Below, in pieces: positions 11,329 to 20,720 of a DNA stretch of 31,739 bases. Source of the DNA: Candidatus Saccharimonadales bacterium (lineage in GTDB: Bacteria; Patescibacteriota; Saccharimonadia; Saccharimonadales; UBA4665); the NCBI GenBank assembly GCA_050011495.1, contig JBEKIY010000002.1, positions 1-31,739 of the forward strand. Reading direction: 5' to 3'. The notes under the pieces were generated by a model that saw only the letters and a list, made by a program, of their open reading frames with translations, did not search any database and was not told the origin of the DNA. The position numbers were made by a program, and so were the translations under genes. Positions within the stretch are counted from its first letter, which is position 1. Each line of letters opens with the position of its first letter.

Positions 11329-11337
11329 AGTTTATCA
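11329..11337 (-). promoter_or_regulatory. extended -10 (TGaTAAACT) 7 nt before the ROK start codon
   Basis: Minus strand reads TGATAAACT-ggtagta-ATG. Confidence 0.45.
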
Positions 11338-11366
11338 TAATTTATTGATCATCTTATCGGTATCTT

Positions 11367-11395
11367 TTGACCCGACAAGCAGAAACAGTTATAAT
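11367..11395 (+). promoter_or_regulatory. rpsA promoter (TTGACC-17-TATAAT)
   Basis: Near-perfect consensus about 100 nt upstream of rpsA. Confidence 0.75.
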
Positions 11396-11496
11396 AACAG
11401 GTAATCTTGCTGAGGAGTAACAGTAATAAGCCGGTCTACAATGAACGACGGCTGTTACATTAGCTAGAAAATACATTTTAAGGAGGCATGGAATAC

Positions 11497-12561
11497 ATGT
11501 CAAAACAAGCTATATCAATGGATGATTTGATGGCAAAGAACGACATCGCATCACTTCATACTGGCGATGTTGTTAGCGGAGTAATCACATCAGTTAAAAA
11601 GCACGAACTTTGGGTAGATTTAGGGCCCAACGGTATTGGTGTCGTGCTACGCCGAGAAATCGGTTATGGGCAAGAACTTAAGGTTGGGGAGAGCATCACT
11701 GTGAGTGTTGTTGATCCTGAGCTAGAGGATGGCTATGCTTTGTTGAGCATGAAACGCGCCGTAAAAGATCGAGGATGGGATGAGCTACAAAGAGTACATG
11801 ACGAACAAGAAATTATAGATGTAGTACCATATGATGCTAATCGTGGCGGTTTATTAATTGAATTAGAAGGGATCAGAGGATTCCTGCCGGTTTCTCAGTT
11901 GGCAGCAGGCCACTATCCAAGAGTTTCTGGCGCCGATAAAGATGAAATATTACAGAAGTTACACGCTTTGGTTAATAAATCTCTACGTGTACGAATTCTT
12001 GACTCCAGCCGCAAGGACAACAAACTTATCTTTTCTGAAAAGGAAGCTGTTCGGGATGATATGCAAGCACGTTTAAGCAATTTAAAGGTTGGCGATACAG
12101 TTGAAGGAGTTATTACTGGCGTAATTGACTTTGGGGCATTTGTAAACGTGGATGGCATCGAAGGATTGATTCATATATCAGAAATATCTTGGGAACGCGT
12201 AGAAGACCCAAGAAATTACCTTAAATTAGGCGAAACAGTTAAAGCAAAGATTATTGCAATAGATAAAGACCGACTTAGTCTAAGTCTTAAACAAATGACT
12301 GAGGACCCGTGGTTAAAGGAAGTTAAATCCTTTAAAAAGGATGAAGTAGTTGAAGGTAAAATAACTCGTATTACTCCGTTTGGCGCATTTGTCCAATTAA
12401 GCCCATCCGTTGAAGCTTTAGTCCATGTTTCTGAGATGAGTGATTCGGAGGCAGTTGATCCCGAAAAAATCTTTCAACTTAATGAAAAGAAGAAATTTAA
12501 AATTCTAGGTATCGATACCGAAACACGCAAAATAGCGCTAAGCCTAAAGGATACTAAATAG
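11497..12561 (+). CDS. rpsA: Ribosomal protein S1 (short, about 4 S1 domains)
   Basis: Repeated S1 motifs (NRGGLL..GIRGFLPVSQL, FGAFV..GLIHISEISW, FGAFV..LVHVSEM). SD AAGGAGG (11480-11486) is only 1 nt from ATG 11488, so ATG 11497 is preferred. Confidence 0.92.
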   Translation: MSKQAISMDDLMAKNDIASLHTGDVVSGVITSVKKHELWVDLGPNGIGVVLRREIGYGQELKVGESITVSVVDPELEDGYALLSMKRAVKDRGWDELQRVHDEQEIIDVVPYDANRGGLLIELEGIRGFLPVSQLAAGHYPRVSGADKDEILQKLHALVNKSLRVRILDSSRKDNKLIFSEKEAVRDDMQARLSNLKVGDTVEGVITGVIDFGAFVNVDGIEGLIHISEISWERVEDPRNYLKLGETVKAKIIAIDKDRLSLSLKQMTEDPWLKEVKSFKKDEVVEGKITRITPFGAFVQLSPSVEALVHVSEMSDSEAVDPEKIFQLNEKKKFKILGIDTETRKIALSLKDTK

Positions 12562-12600
12562 TCCTATGTAGTACGGCATAGACAAAGAAAGGAGTGCGAA

Positions 12601-14370
12601 ATGTCGCAAACAATTCAAATTGAAGACCATGTGACTGTCGGCACTCTAGCCGAAAAACTGTCTATACCTGTTAGCCGTTTAATTACCGAGTTAATGAAGA
12701 ACGGCATAATGGCTACTATAAATGAGCGGTTAGATTATGATACAGCTCAGATTATTGTAAATGAATTAGGGCTGGATATGGTGGTTACTAGACAAGAAGT
12801 AGCACCAAAAGAAATAGTTAGTACAAGAACTAAGCTTGACGTAAAATCCGACAAAGCCGTTCCACGTCCACCCGTGGTGGCATTTATGGGTCATGTCGAT
12901 CACGGTAAAACCAGTCTACTGGATGCCATAAAAAGCTCACAAGTAGCCAAAGAAGAAGCTGGAGGTATTACTCAGTATATTTCAGCTTATTACATCAAGC
13001 ATAACGGCCGTGCTATAACGTTTTTAGACACACCAGGCCATGAGGCTTTTTCAGCTATTCGCGAACATGGCGTACGCTTAACTGACATTGCGGTAATTGT
13101 TATCGCGGCCGATGATGGTATTAAACCGCAAACCATTGAAGCTATCCGGTTCGCCAAACAGGCTAAAGTTAAAATCATAGTCGCAATTAATAAGATTGAT
13201 AAAGAGGGAGCTGACTCTAACCGGGTTAAGCAGCAGTTAGCTGATCAGGATCTTCTAGTTGAAGAATGGGGCGGGAATATTGTCACTGTTGAGGTCTCAG
13301 CTAAAAACAAGCAGGGCATAGATAACTTGTTGGACATGATTTTGTTGGTCGCAGACGTTGAAGATCTTAGAGCTGAAGTGGATGTCCCAGCTAAAGGACT
13401 GATTATAGAGGCGCATACTGAGATTGGCCGCGGATCGGTAGCCCACGCCTTGGTTGAATGGGGAACTCTAAAAAAAGGTGATTATATTGTCGCAGGGACA
13501 ACCTATGCTAGAATAAAAAATCTTGAAACAACAGATGGACAGCCATTAGTTAGTGCCACGCCATCTATGCCAGTAGTAATAACTGGGTTTAAAACACTGC
13601 CTGAATTTGGCGATGAATTTGAAGCAGTTAGTAGTGAAAAAATTGCTAAGGTTCAGGTTCAAAAAGTTCTCAGCAGCCACCATGATACTAGTGGTCGTCT
13701 TGATTTAAGTAGCAGTGATCTAATCCGATTGATCAACCGGACCAACAAAGTCCAATTCTTCAATATAATTATTAAAGCCGATGTCCGCGGGTCACTAGCA
13801 TCTGTTGCGGACAGCCTTAAAGTTCTCGACACCGATGAAGTTGCTGTCTGTATTGTTGACTCTGGTATTGGCATGGTAACTGAGAATGATATATATATTG
13901 CCAAAACTAGCGGAGCAGTCATCTATAGTTTTAATGTTAATGTCCCTAATAACATCAAGCGTTTAGCTGCTCGGGATAAAGTTGTAATTCGTAGCTATAC
14001 AATTATTTATGAGTTAATCGACGATGTTAAAGCTGAGCTTAGTAAACTGCTATTACCGGAAATAGTTGAAACAGTGCAGGGCTTTTTAACTGTTAAGGCT
14101 ATATTTAAGACAACTAAGACCGAATTAATTTGTGGCGGCGAAGTAAGCAAAGGACCTCTGTCAATTCCGGCTCGAGGCCGCATAATCCGTGATAAAAAAG
14201 TTATCGCAGAAGGCGAAATAATTAATCTAAAACGTGGTCCCCAAGATGTGCAATCTGTCCAGGAAAAAGAATTATGCGGTGTCAGCGTTCGGACAGAAAA
14301 TCGTTTGGATTTACAAGTAGCTGATAGAATAGAATTTTTCACCCGACAAACCATTGAACGAAAACTATAA
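12601..14370 (+). CDS. infB: Translation initiation factor IF-2 (short N-terminus)
   Basis: GHVDHGKTSLLD, GITQ, DTPGHEAF and NKID; SD GAAAGGAG. Confidence 0.97.
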   Translation: MSQTIQIEDHVTVGTLAEKLSIPVSRLITELMKNGIMATINERLDYDTAQIIVNELGLDMVVTRQEVAPKEIVSTRTKLDVKSDKAVPRPPVVAFMGHVDHGKTSLLDAIKSSQVAKEEAGGITQYISAYYIKHNGRAITFLDTPGHEAFSAIREHGVRLTDIAVIVIAADDGIKPQTIEAIRFAKQAKVKIIVAINKIDKEGADSNRVKQQLADQDLLVEEWGGNIVTVEVSAKNKQGIDNLLDMILLVADVEDLRAEVDVPAKGLIIEAHTEIGRGSVAHALVEWGTLKKGDYIVAGTTYARIKNLETTDGQPLVSATPSMPVVITGFKTLPEFGDEFEAVSSEKIAKVQVQKVLSSHHDTSGRLDLSSSDLIRLINRTNKVQFFNIIIKADVRGSLASVADSLKVLDTDEVAVCIVDSGIGMVTENDIYIAKTSGAVIYSFNVNVPNNIKRLAARDKVVIRSYTIIYELIDDVKAELSKLLLPEIVETVQGFLTVKAIFKTTKTELICGGEVSKGPLSIPARGRIIRDKKVIAEGEIINLKRGPQDVQSVQEKELCGVSVRTENRLDLQVADRIEFFTRQTIERKL

Positions 14371-14376
14371 GTATAA

Positions 14377-14405
14377 TTGCCGTATTATCGTTGCAGCGAT
14401 ACAAT
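14377..14405 (+). promoter_or_regulatory. promoter TTGCCG-17-TACAAT for the downstream small protein
   Basis: 17-nt spacing in a 61-nt intergenic gap. Confidence 0.55.
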
Positions 14406-14431
14406 AGGTTTATTAATCAGGAATAATAATC

Positions 14432-14800
14432 ATGGCTTTCACACTAGACTTTACAACGCTTGATGAACTTGGACTTGGTTCACTACCAGTAGAAGAAAAG
14501 AAAAAAATGCTGGCACATATTCTAGAAACGCTGGAAATGAGAGTTGGAACAACCCTTGCCAGTCGGATGACAGATGAACAATTGGATGAGTTCGAGCGTT
14601 TAATGCCAACCGAACAGGACAATCCTGCTACTATCCAAGAGAAAGAGCAAGCTGCCTTAAAATGGCTGGAAGGTAATTTCCCAACCTATAAAGAAGTTGT
14701 GGCTGATGAACTTAGTAAATTGATGGCTGAAATAAAACAAGTTGCCCCGCAAATCCTAGCCGATACTGCTCAAGCCAATAACCAAGCTGCCACTTCTTAA
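14432..14800 (+). CDS. Acidic helical CPR-type conserved protein (DUF5663-like)
   Basis: L..LGL..LP.EEK..ML.HI.ETLE.RVG..LA..MTDEQL.EF pattern, recognised from memory of Patescibacteria proteins. Confidence 0.6.
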   Translation: MAFTLDFTTLDELGLGSLPVEEKKKMLAHILETLEMRVGTTLASRMTDEQLDEFERLMPTEQDNPATIQEKEQAALKWLEGNFPTYKEVVADELSKLMAEIKQVAPQILADTAQANNQAATS

Positions 14801-15714
14801 AAGATTAGTTTTTTACCATAGCCAGCTAAAAATGCTTCTGTAGACATTACTGGTTTACCAGCTGGTTTGAGTTTAGTAATTTCCAGCGCCTGCTGACCGC
14901 AATATACAAATAATTTTTTATGATCAATGTGTAGTTTACCTGGCTTTCCAGTTTGATCAAGAACTCGCCCGGCAATAATTGTCACGTTGATCCGATTAAA
15001 ACTACAGTAACTCTTGGGCCATTCAGCGTAGGCTCGGATTTCGCGCTCTAGCTGAACAGCTGGCTTAGTCCAGTCAATTAAACCATCCGCCTTAGTTAAT
15101 TTGCTTGAGTATGTTACTGGTACCTTGATGCTTTGCTCAATCGGGGTAATTTTTCTTAATACATAGCGCGGTAAAGTCGTGACCAGCAGCTTATGGCTTA
15201 ATTTAATTAAATCTTGGGTAAGAACTGGTGTGGTAATAGTTTTTGATAAAAGATATTTTTTCTGAGCAAGCAATGGGCCATCATCAACTCCAGTCCGGAT
15301 GAGCATTAAACTAACCCCGGTATATTGTTGGCCACTTAAAATTGCAAAACTAATCGGATCAGGCCCGCGCCATTGCGGCAGCAGAGAAAAATGGCTATTA
15401 ACAATACCTAGTGGGAAGGAATCAATTACTTTTTTCGGGAGAATAATGCCGTAATCGATAATAAGTCCAAACTCGCTGACAAACGGTAGAGAAGGACTAG
15501 AGAATAAATCTTCTACGGTGGATTTATCCGCTAACTCCAGCAGTTTAATACCGTGTTTTTTAGCTATGTCTGAAACAGATTGACGATTATTAAGCAGCAA
15601 ATTAGGTTTCGTAATAACCGCTTCAACTACAAAATCCTTAACAAGTAATTTTAAAGATTCCGCAGCGACCGGGCCACTACCGAAAAATATAAAGGGGTTT
15701 GATAACTTTTTCAT
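14797..15714 (-). CDS. fmt: Methionyl-tRNA formyltransferase
   Basis: FFGSG, NSHFSLLPQWRG, D.GP.L, TYSSKLTKADG.IDW; ATG at 15714 preferred to TTG at 15720. Confidence 0.93.
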   Translation of the reverse strand: MKKLSNPFIFFGSGPVAAESLKLLVKDFVVEAVITKPNLLLNNRQSVSDIAKKHGIKLLELADKSTVEDLFSSPSLPFVSEFGLIIDYGIILPKKVIDSFPLGIVNSHFSLLPQWRGPDPISFAILSGQQYTGVSLMLIRTGVDDGPLLAQKKYLLSKTITTPVLTQDLIKLSHKLLVTTLPRYVLRKITPIEQSIKVPVTYSSKLTKADGLIDWTKPAVQLEREIRAYAEWPKSYCSFNRINVTIIAGRVLDQTGKPGKLHIDHKKLFVYCGQQALEITKLKPAGKPVMSTEAFLAGYGKKLIF

Positions 15715-16255
15715 AGTCAACCTGTTCTAGCTTACCGTCGTTCTTAAGGCGATAAAATCCATTAACTTCATTTTGGATACGATCCACGAAGGTTAAACCG
15801 TGCGTATGATCGATTTCGTGTTGCAGCACACGGGCTAAAAATCCATCAATCGTCAGGCGAAATTCTTTTCCGTTAACATCCTGGGCTTTAATCCTGATTT
15901 TATTGTAACGCGGAACTTTTCCATAAATATCCTGAACACTTAAACAACCTTCAAAATCTTTATCAATACCACCTTCATATTTGGTAATTGTGGGATTTAT
16001 AAAAACACTGAACGTTTTATCGTCTTTATTCTCGTAATTATTGCGAACAACAATAATTCGTAATGGTTTACCGAGTTGGATAGCCGCCAGAGCTACGCCG
16101 ACTTCGTGCGGGCGACTATTTTCCCAATCAGTTACAGCGTCTTCCATTTCAGTAATAGTTGCTTTAATGTCGTCGGTAATTAACCCTACTTTTTGGGAAC
16201 GTTGATGCAATTGCTCATCTGGCAATAGCAGAATATTATCTTTTGGACTAGGCAT
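15677..16255 (-). CDS. def: Peptide deformylase
   Basis: EGCLSV, QHEIDH and GVALAAIQ; overlaps the fmt start. Confidence 0.95.
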   Translation of the reverse strand: MPSPKDNILLLPDEQLHQRSQKVGLITDDIKATITEMEDAVTDWENSRPHEVGVALAAIQLGKPLRIIVVRNNYENKDDKTFSVFINPTITKYEGGIDKDFEGCLSVQDIYGKVPRYNKIRIKAQDVNGKEFRLTIDGFLARVLQHEIDHTHGLTFVDRIQNEVNGFYRLKNDGKLEQVDYEKVIKPLYIFR

Positions 16256-16262
16256 TAGAATT

Positions 16263-16291
16263 AGTATATACGTTGTTCTTTCTATTGAGAA
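16263..16291 (-). promoter_or_regulatory. def promoter (TTCTCA-17-TATACT), -10 lies 7 nt before ATG
   Basis: Minus strand reads TATACT-aattcta-ATG; no SD upstream. Confidence 0.5.
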
Positions 16292-16296
16292 TGCTT

Positions 16297-18228
16297 TTAA
16301 AGTAAATTTATTGGGTCAATATCATACGACCAGCCGCTTGGTAGTAGTTTAATTACCTTTACGAGCTCATTCCGTTGCTTGGCTTTGATTATTAATTGCC
16401 ATTCGAATAACTTAGCAATTTTTTCACGAAAAGCCGGTGTAGGGCCATTAATTTGAATTTTTAATTCATGGTCCCTTAATAGCTCGGCTAAATTTGCTGT
16501 TGCAGTTTGGGCAGATTGACGGCTACGTCTTTTACAGGAAAGTTTTAATAAGTAGCAATATGGTGGGAAAGTAAATCTTTGTCGTTCGGCTAGCTCGGTC
16601 TTATAGAATTCGTCCCACTGCTTATTAATAGCTGCTTGTAACGTTGGGTTGGTTGGCAAATAGGTTTGAATAACAGCTTGGCCGTGCCGATAACCACGAC
16701 CGACCCGGCCAATAACCTGACTAATTAATTGGTAAAGTCTCTCCTGAGAAGTGTAATCCGGTGTATATAGACTGGTATCAGCAATAATTACGCCGACTAC
16801 AGCTAATTTCGGTAGATCTAATCCTTTAGCAAGAGTTTGAGTGCCGACCAGGATATCGACACCACCCTGGAAAACTTTTTTATATTGTTGCTCAAAACGG
16901 TCGGCTTTAAGATTGTCGTTATCAAATCTTTGTACCCGAACCCTTGGTAATAAGCGTTCGATTTCACTGACAATAGCTTTAGTGCCAATACTTTTGAAAA
17001 TAATATTGGTTTCTTTACATATGGGGCAACTGGAAATAGAGGGCATTTTATAACTACAGCTATGACAACGGAAGCTGTGACTATCACCGTGATAAACCAA
17101 CGCAATATCACAATTGGGGCAAAATGCTTGCCAACCGCAGTTTTGGCAAATTATCGACCGGGCCGTACCACGCCGATTGAGAAACAGTAATATCTGTTCT
17201 TTTTTAGCTAACGCTTCAGCTATGACGGCTAAAAGTTTATCTGATATAAATGCGGAATTAGTAAAGTTTGAACGTTCTTTTAAGTCCACAACAGTTATAT
17301 CAACTTGTCTTACACCGGCCGCTGATTGTTGCATTCTAAGTATCTGGAAATTTTTCTGCTGAGCGATGAAGTAATCAACGATCGAAGGCGTAGCCGTACC
17401 TAGTACTAAGATTGCTTTATGCAGCTGAGCTAATTTACTGGCTACTCTAACGGTCTGGTAATAAGGGCTTTGTTCTTGTTTGTAGGCTGGTTCATGAGCT
17501 TCATCGACAATAATTGCCCCTATATTTTTAACTGGGTAGAATATTGCTGATCGGGCGCCAATAATTATCAATGGTTCTGGACTCATAATAGTTTTTATCC
17601 AAGAATCGCGCCTATCCTTAGGTGTTAACTGGGAATGCACTAATATGACCTGAGACTTAAAATTATTGATAAAATTTTTACTCAATTGCGAGGTAAGACT
17701 TATTTCTGGAGTCAATATAATTACTGATTTACCAGCCTTAATGCAATTTCGGCTTAGTTCTTGGTAAATTCGTGTTTTACCGCTACCAGTTTCACCATGC
17801 AAAATATAGGGCCCGTGTCTTAAGGCCTGCATGACAGTTTTTTGCTCTTCATTAAGCTTTGGTAGTTTAATAGCGCTAACTTTCCGTGGTTTATGATCGG
17901 TAAATTCCACCACATCTTTTATGCGCAATGCTTTAGGTAAAAATAATTGGACAATTGCACCTAAGGGCGCAGGATAGTACTCGTTTAGCCAGTATATTGT
18001 TGTTAATATTTCAGCAGGTAAAACAGGAAACGGAAATATTTCTGAAATTTTCTTAGTGGCAAAATACGGTTTAATAACTTTTTTTTCTACAACCCCGAGT
18101 ACTATCCGATCGCGCATCGGAACACTGACTATGGCCCCAATCGATATTTTTTGATCTGAATAATAGGTCAATCCGGTTTGGCCGTGATACTGCATAGTAG
18201 CTACTAATATTGAGTAGTAATATTTCAT
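16297..18228 (-). CDS. priA: Primosomal protein N' (replication restart helicase)
   Basis: LHGETGSGKT, LTPEISLT, DEAHE, four CxxC motifs, GTQTLAKGLD and QVIGRVGR; ATG 18228 (MKYYYS) preferred. Confidence 0.95.
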   Translation of the reverse strand: MKYYYSILVATMQYHGQTGLTYYSDQKISIGAIVSVPMRDRIVLGVVEKKVIKPYFATKKISEIFPFPVLPAEILTTIYWLNEYYPAPLGAIVQLFLPKALRIKDVVEFTDHKPRKVSAIKLPKLNEEQKTVMQALRHGPYILHGETGSGKTRIYQELSRNCIKAGKSVIILTPEISLTSQLSKNFINNFKSQVILVHSQLTPKDRRDSWIKTIMSPEPLIIIGARSAIFYPVKNIGAIIVDEAHEPAYKQEQSPYYQTVRVASKLAQLHKAILVLGTATPSIVDYFIAQQKNFQILRMQQSAAGVRQVDITVVDLKERSNFTNSAFISDKLLAVIAEALAKKEQILLFLNRRGTARSIICQNCGWQAFCPNCDIALVYHGDSHSFRCHSCSYKMPSISSCPICKETNIIFKSIGTKAIVSEIERLLPRVRVQRFDNDNLKADRFEQQYKKVFQGGVDILVGTQTLAKGLDLPKLAVVGVIIADTSLYTPDYTSQERLYQLISQVIGRVGRGYRHGQAVIQTYLPTNPTLQAAINKQWDEFYKTELAERQRFTFPPYCYLLKLSCKRRSRQSAQTATANLAELLRDHELKIQINGPTPAFREKIAKLFEWQLIIKAKQRNELVKVIKLLPSGWSYDIDPINLL

Positions 18229-18255
18229 CGTACTTATATTTTCAAACAAAATAGC

Positions 18256-18284
18256 TTGAAATGCCAATTAGATACTATTATACT
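18256..18284 (+). promoter_or_regulatory. promoter TTGAAA-17-TATACT for the winged-helix gene
   Basis: Near-consensus hexamers with 17-nt spacer in the divergent intergenic region. Confidence 0.6.
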
Positions 18285-18324
18285 GTGTCTTAACGTTATT
18301 ACGTTGTCCTAATAACAATATCTT

Positions 18325-18615
18325 ATGTTAGATGTATTCATTACTTCAAGAGTTAGACGGAAAATCATAGTTATCTATGCAAAGTATCCGGATTTTAAAA
18401 CCCATGTTAGAGGTTTAGCAAAGCTAATTAAAGAAGATGCCGGTAATATCCAGCGCGAACTAAAACGTCTTGAAAAGGTTGGTTTTCTAATTTCTGAGAA
18501 ACAGGCGAATACCAAGGTCTACTTTACAAATAAGCAATTCCCAATTTTCAAAGAACTCCAAAGTATCGTGTTAAAGTCACAACGTAGCGCCCAAAAAACC
18601 CAGAATCGTATATAG
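18325..18615 (+). CDS. Stand-alone winged helix-turn-helix protein (ArsR-like)
   Basis: SRVRRKII...HVRGLAKLI..DAGNIQRELKRLE..GFL..EKQAN.KVY pattern. Confidence 0.7.
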   Translation: MLDVFITSRVRRKIIVIYAKYPDFKTHVRGLAKLIKEDAGNIQRELKRLEKVGFLISEKQANTKVYFTNKQFPIFKELQSIVLKSQRSAQKTQNRI

Positions 18616-18634
18616 TCATTAGAATAAATACTAC

Positions 18635-18663
18635 TTGCTAAGTAGGCATGCATTTTTTACAAT
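18635..18663 (+). promoter_or_regulatory. rpsU promoter (TTGCTA-17-TACAAT)
   Basis: -10 ends 10 nt before ATG 18674; the -35 lies within the inverted repeat CTACTT-gct-AAGTAG. Confidence 0.55.
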
Positions 18664-18673
18664 AGTAATAGTT

Positions 18674-18889
18674 ATGATTCAAGTTACAAGAAAAGACCCC
18701 AAAGAGCCGATGGAAAATCTACTGCGGAGATTTAATCGTAAGGTTCAACAATCCGGTTTGCTGGCAATTGCTAAGCAAGGCCAATATTTCGCCAAGCCGA
18801 TCAGTAAGTCTGAACGGCGCGTGAAAGCCATTGTTCGTCAAGAACGAAAAGCAATTAAACTACAGAAGATTAAACTAGGCCAACGGTGA
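18674..18889 (+). CDS. rpsU: Ribosomal protein S21
   Basis: E..ENLLRRFNRKVQQSG...YFAKP.SKSERR; sits upstream of yqeY as is common; the TTG start in the track is the promoter -35. Confidence 0.85.
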   Translation: MIQVTRKDPKEPMENLLRRFNRKVQQSGLLAIAKQGQYFAKPISKSERRVKAIVRQERKAIKLQKIKLGQR

Positions 18890-18892
18890 ATT

Positions 18893-19345
18893 ATGTCGCT
18901 AAAAGATTCGATCGAGCAGGATCTAAAAGCGGCGTTGCTAAGTAAAGACTCTTTAAAGGTTGACACCTTAAGAAGTATGAAAAATGCTTTGCTTTATGCT
19001 GAAGTTGGGCAAGGGCATGAGCGAAAGGACTTATCTGAGGAAGAAGTAATCAGCGTTTTGGTTAAAGAAGCTAAAAAACGTCAAGAAAGTGCTGACTTAT
19101 ACCAACAAGTTAATGAGTTAGATCGAGCCAAAAAAGAACTTGATGAAAAAAATATAATAGAGCAATATTTACCGAAAAGACTTTCTGATCCTGAAATTAA
19201 TCAGCTAATTGATCGGGCCCTACAACAGTTCAAAGAAGATCGTGAGCCGAATCTAGGACAAATTATAGCCTATGTTCGACAATCTGCTGATGGTATTGTC
19301 GACGGGGCAACAGTTGCCCGACTAGCTAAAGAGAAATTACGATAA
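18893..19345 (+). CDS. GatB/YqeY domain protein
   Basis: MSLKD.IEQDLK.A, KKRQESA..Y, E..II..YLP. Confidence 0.92.
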   Translation: MSLKDSIEQDLKAALLSKDSLKVDTLRSMKNALLYAEVGQGHERKDLSEEEVISVLVKEAKKRQESADLYQQVNELDRAKKELDEKNIIEQYLPKRLSDPEINQLIDRALQQFKEDREPNLGQIIAYVRQSADGIVDGATVARLAKEKLR

Positions 19346-19893
19346 TGATTATTCTTATGGGCGCTACCGGTAGCGGTAAAAGCTTACAGAGTCGGTTATT
19401 GGCAGATGAATGTGGTTACACCTGGATATCAACCGGTAAAATATTACGGTCTTTAATGACAAGTAAAAGCCGCCAAGAAATGCTAGCTGGAGAATTAGTT
19501 AGTGACCAGGAATTAATTCAAATGTTGTCCCAGAAATTCGAATCTATAAAACCAAAACAACTAGTTGTACTTGATGGTTTCCCACGAACTTTAGCGCAAG
19601 CTGAATGGTTAATTGAATGGGCGAAATCCAGCGATTTCGAAATAACTGCAATTTTTAATCTTGAGGTTGCGCACGCTGTTGTTCGCAACCGGCTAATTAA
19701 ACGAGGAAGATTCGACGATACCGAAACTGCTATTAAGCAACGATTTAAAGAATTCGAACTAGTTACCCAGCCAATTATTAAACTTCTAAAAGATGAAGGT
19801 TACCGAATATTTAATATTAACGCTGAGGGTAATCCTGAAACCATACACCAAGATATTATCAAGGCGATTAATGGTATATCAATTAATAATTAA
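19345..19893 (+). CDS. adk: Adenylate kinase-family NMP kinase, short LID
   Basis: GATGSGKS, STGKILR, GELVSD, LDGFPRT and RGRFDD. Confidence 0.85.
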   Translation: MIILMGATGSGKSLQSRLLADECGYTWISTGKILRSLMTSKSRQEMLAGELVSDQELIQMLSQKFESIKPKQLVVLDGFPRTLAQAEWLIEWAKSSDFEITAIFNLEVAHAVVRNRLIKRGRFDDTETAIKQRFKEFELVTQPIIKLLKDEGYRIFNINAEGNPETIHQDIIKAINGISINN

Positions 19894-19901
19894 TTCTCAA
19901 A

Positions 19902-20657
19902 ATGTCCAAACACCTTACTAAAACCCCATCTGAAATACATGCCATGCGTGAAAGTGGCCGGATGTTAGCCACGGTTCTCCAATTTTTAAAATCCAGAGCT
20001 ATTCCGGACATGTCGACTAAAGATTTAGCGGATTTAGCCGACAAAGAACTTAAAAAACTAGGAGGAGCGGCAACGTTTTTAGGTTACAACGGTTTTCCAG
20101 ACATAATTTGTATCTCGATCAACAATGAGGTGGTGCATGGTATACCTCGTGCTGATAAAATTATTGCTGACGGAGACATTGTTAGTCTAGATTTTGGAGT
20201 TACGTATAGAGGGATGGTTACTGATGCCGCGATAAGTTTCGTTATTGGAAAGGCGACGAGAGAACACCGGCAATTAGTCGATGTTACCGAACAATCCTTA
20301 TATGCTGGGCTAGAAGTTATTCACAGCGGGATTAGGACCGGTGATCTAGGATTTGCTATAGAGACAGTATTGAACAAACATCATTATGGAGTTGTTAGAG
20401 ACTTAGTTGGACATGGCGTTGGCTATAAATTACACGAAGACCCCAGTATACCCAATTATGGTCGTCCGGGTAGCGGGGTAATATTGTCAAAAAATATGAC
20501 AATTGCTGTCGAACCAATGGCAACACTGGGCACTTACAAAGTTTATTCCGCTCCTGATGGCTGGACAGTTTTAACTCAAGATGGATCATGGTCTGCTCAT
20601 TTTGAACACTCAGTATTAATAACCGAAAAAGGTTGTGAAATCCTTACAACCTTGTAG
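19902..20657 (+). CDS. map: Methionine aminopeptidase type I
   Basis: NNEVVHGIP, DIVSLDFG, GHGVG..LHEDP, AVEPM and SAHFEH. Confidence 0.96.
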   Translation: MSKHLTKTPSEIHAMRESGRMLATVLQFLKSRAIPDMSTKDLADLADKELKKLGGAATFLGYNGFPDIICISINNEVVHGIPRADKIIADGDIVSLDFGVTYRGMVTDAAISFVIGKATREHRQLVDVTEQSLYAGLEVIHSGIRTGDLGFAIETVLNKHHYGVVRDLVGHGVGYKLHEDPSIPNYGRPGSGVILSKNMTIAVEPMATLGTYKVYSAPDGWTVLTQDGSWSAHFEHSVLITEKGCEILTTL

Positions 20658-20684
20658 ATATTGTCATTTTTTACCTACAATTAC

Positions 20685-20714
20685 TTGCCGTCCATAGAGA
20701 ATAAGCGTTATACT
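20685..20714 (+). promoter_or_regulatory. ftsA promoter (TTGCCG-18-TATACT), -10 lies 6 nt before ATG
   Basis: TATACT-tcctgc-ATG; no SD. Confidence 0.55.
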
Positions 20715-20720
20715 TCCTGC

